The notes beneath the pieces are model-generated. The model was not told the DNA's origin. It ran no database searches and saw nothing but the letters and a program-made list of their open reading frames with translations. Positions 63,566 to 64,000 of a DNA stretch of 64,000 nt are shown here, one piece after another. How positions within the stretch are numbered: position 1 is the stretch's first letter; each line of letters opens with the position of its first letter. Origin of the DNA: Octopus vulgaris. Lineage: Eukaryota. A program made the position numbers and the translations under genes. The stretch is taken from positions 110,732,001 through 110,796,000 of the forward strand of contig OX597814.1 of NCBI GenBank assembly GCA_951406725.2, read 5' to 3'.

Positions 63566-64000
63566 GTTAACATGTAATCAATATTGATTAGATAGTAGTC
63601 GATATTGATTTATTTTTCATTTAATAGAATCATTCTTAAATACCAAGTTAAGAAGTATTTTTGTTTTTGTTTTGCTTTGTAAGTTTTCATATATAAATAT
63701 TAGTGTATAGTGACTGCAGATTGGGAGTTGATACTGAGCAATAAGCAGAAAAATTGTGTGTTTGCTTGTGATCCAGGACTTAATTCTCAACAGCCGAGTT
63801 CATTTTACTTTTAATTACTGCAGAAGGTAACAATTCTTGTAAACAGAAACATTAATGACTTGCAGTGGTTTTGTTAGCTTACTTTACTGGGTTCAATTCC
63901 CTCTGCAGACTTGGGGAATATAGCAGGAATCACTCAAGTGTATTTCTCTTTTGGACAACCCAGCAAACATCTCAACTACATAGCTACACCTGCTCCTCTT

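Overview
AT-rich, repeat-dense eukaryotic genomic DNA. The SINE, RTE-tail and microsatellite repertoire matches my recollection of Octopus (cephalopod) repeats; that taxon call is inference. I found no host protein-coding ORF. The ORF-track entries are SINE or microsatellite read-throughs, apart from decayed LINE fragments: the C-terminus of an RTE, an RTEX-like piece, a CR1/Zenon-like piece, and an R4/Dong restriction-like endonuclease that the track missed. The window looks like a long intron or intergenic region, possibly the 5' part of a + strand gene: by eye the first ~7 kb keeps its CpGs and the rest is CpG-depleted. It contains several tRNA-derived SINE families (my labels A, B, D, E, F), many RTE 3'UTR tails (C), hAT, piggyBac-like and GG-ended MITEs, and non-autonomous Helitrons. 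The most notable signal is a set of short non-coding foldback elements with Penelope-like or retrozyme architecture. Several carry minimal type I hammerhead ribozyme motifs. The best case is a 351-nt unit at 45544-46111 whose layout implies a circular or multimeric RNA template; a ~255-nt unit at 27982-28525 has the same layout plus a tRNA-like module. Coordinates of decayed repeats are approximate (about +/-10 nt).
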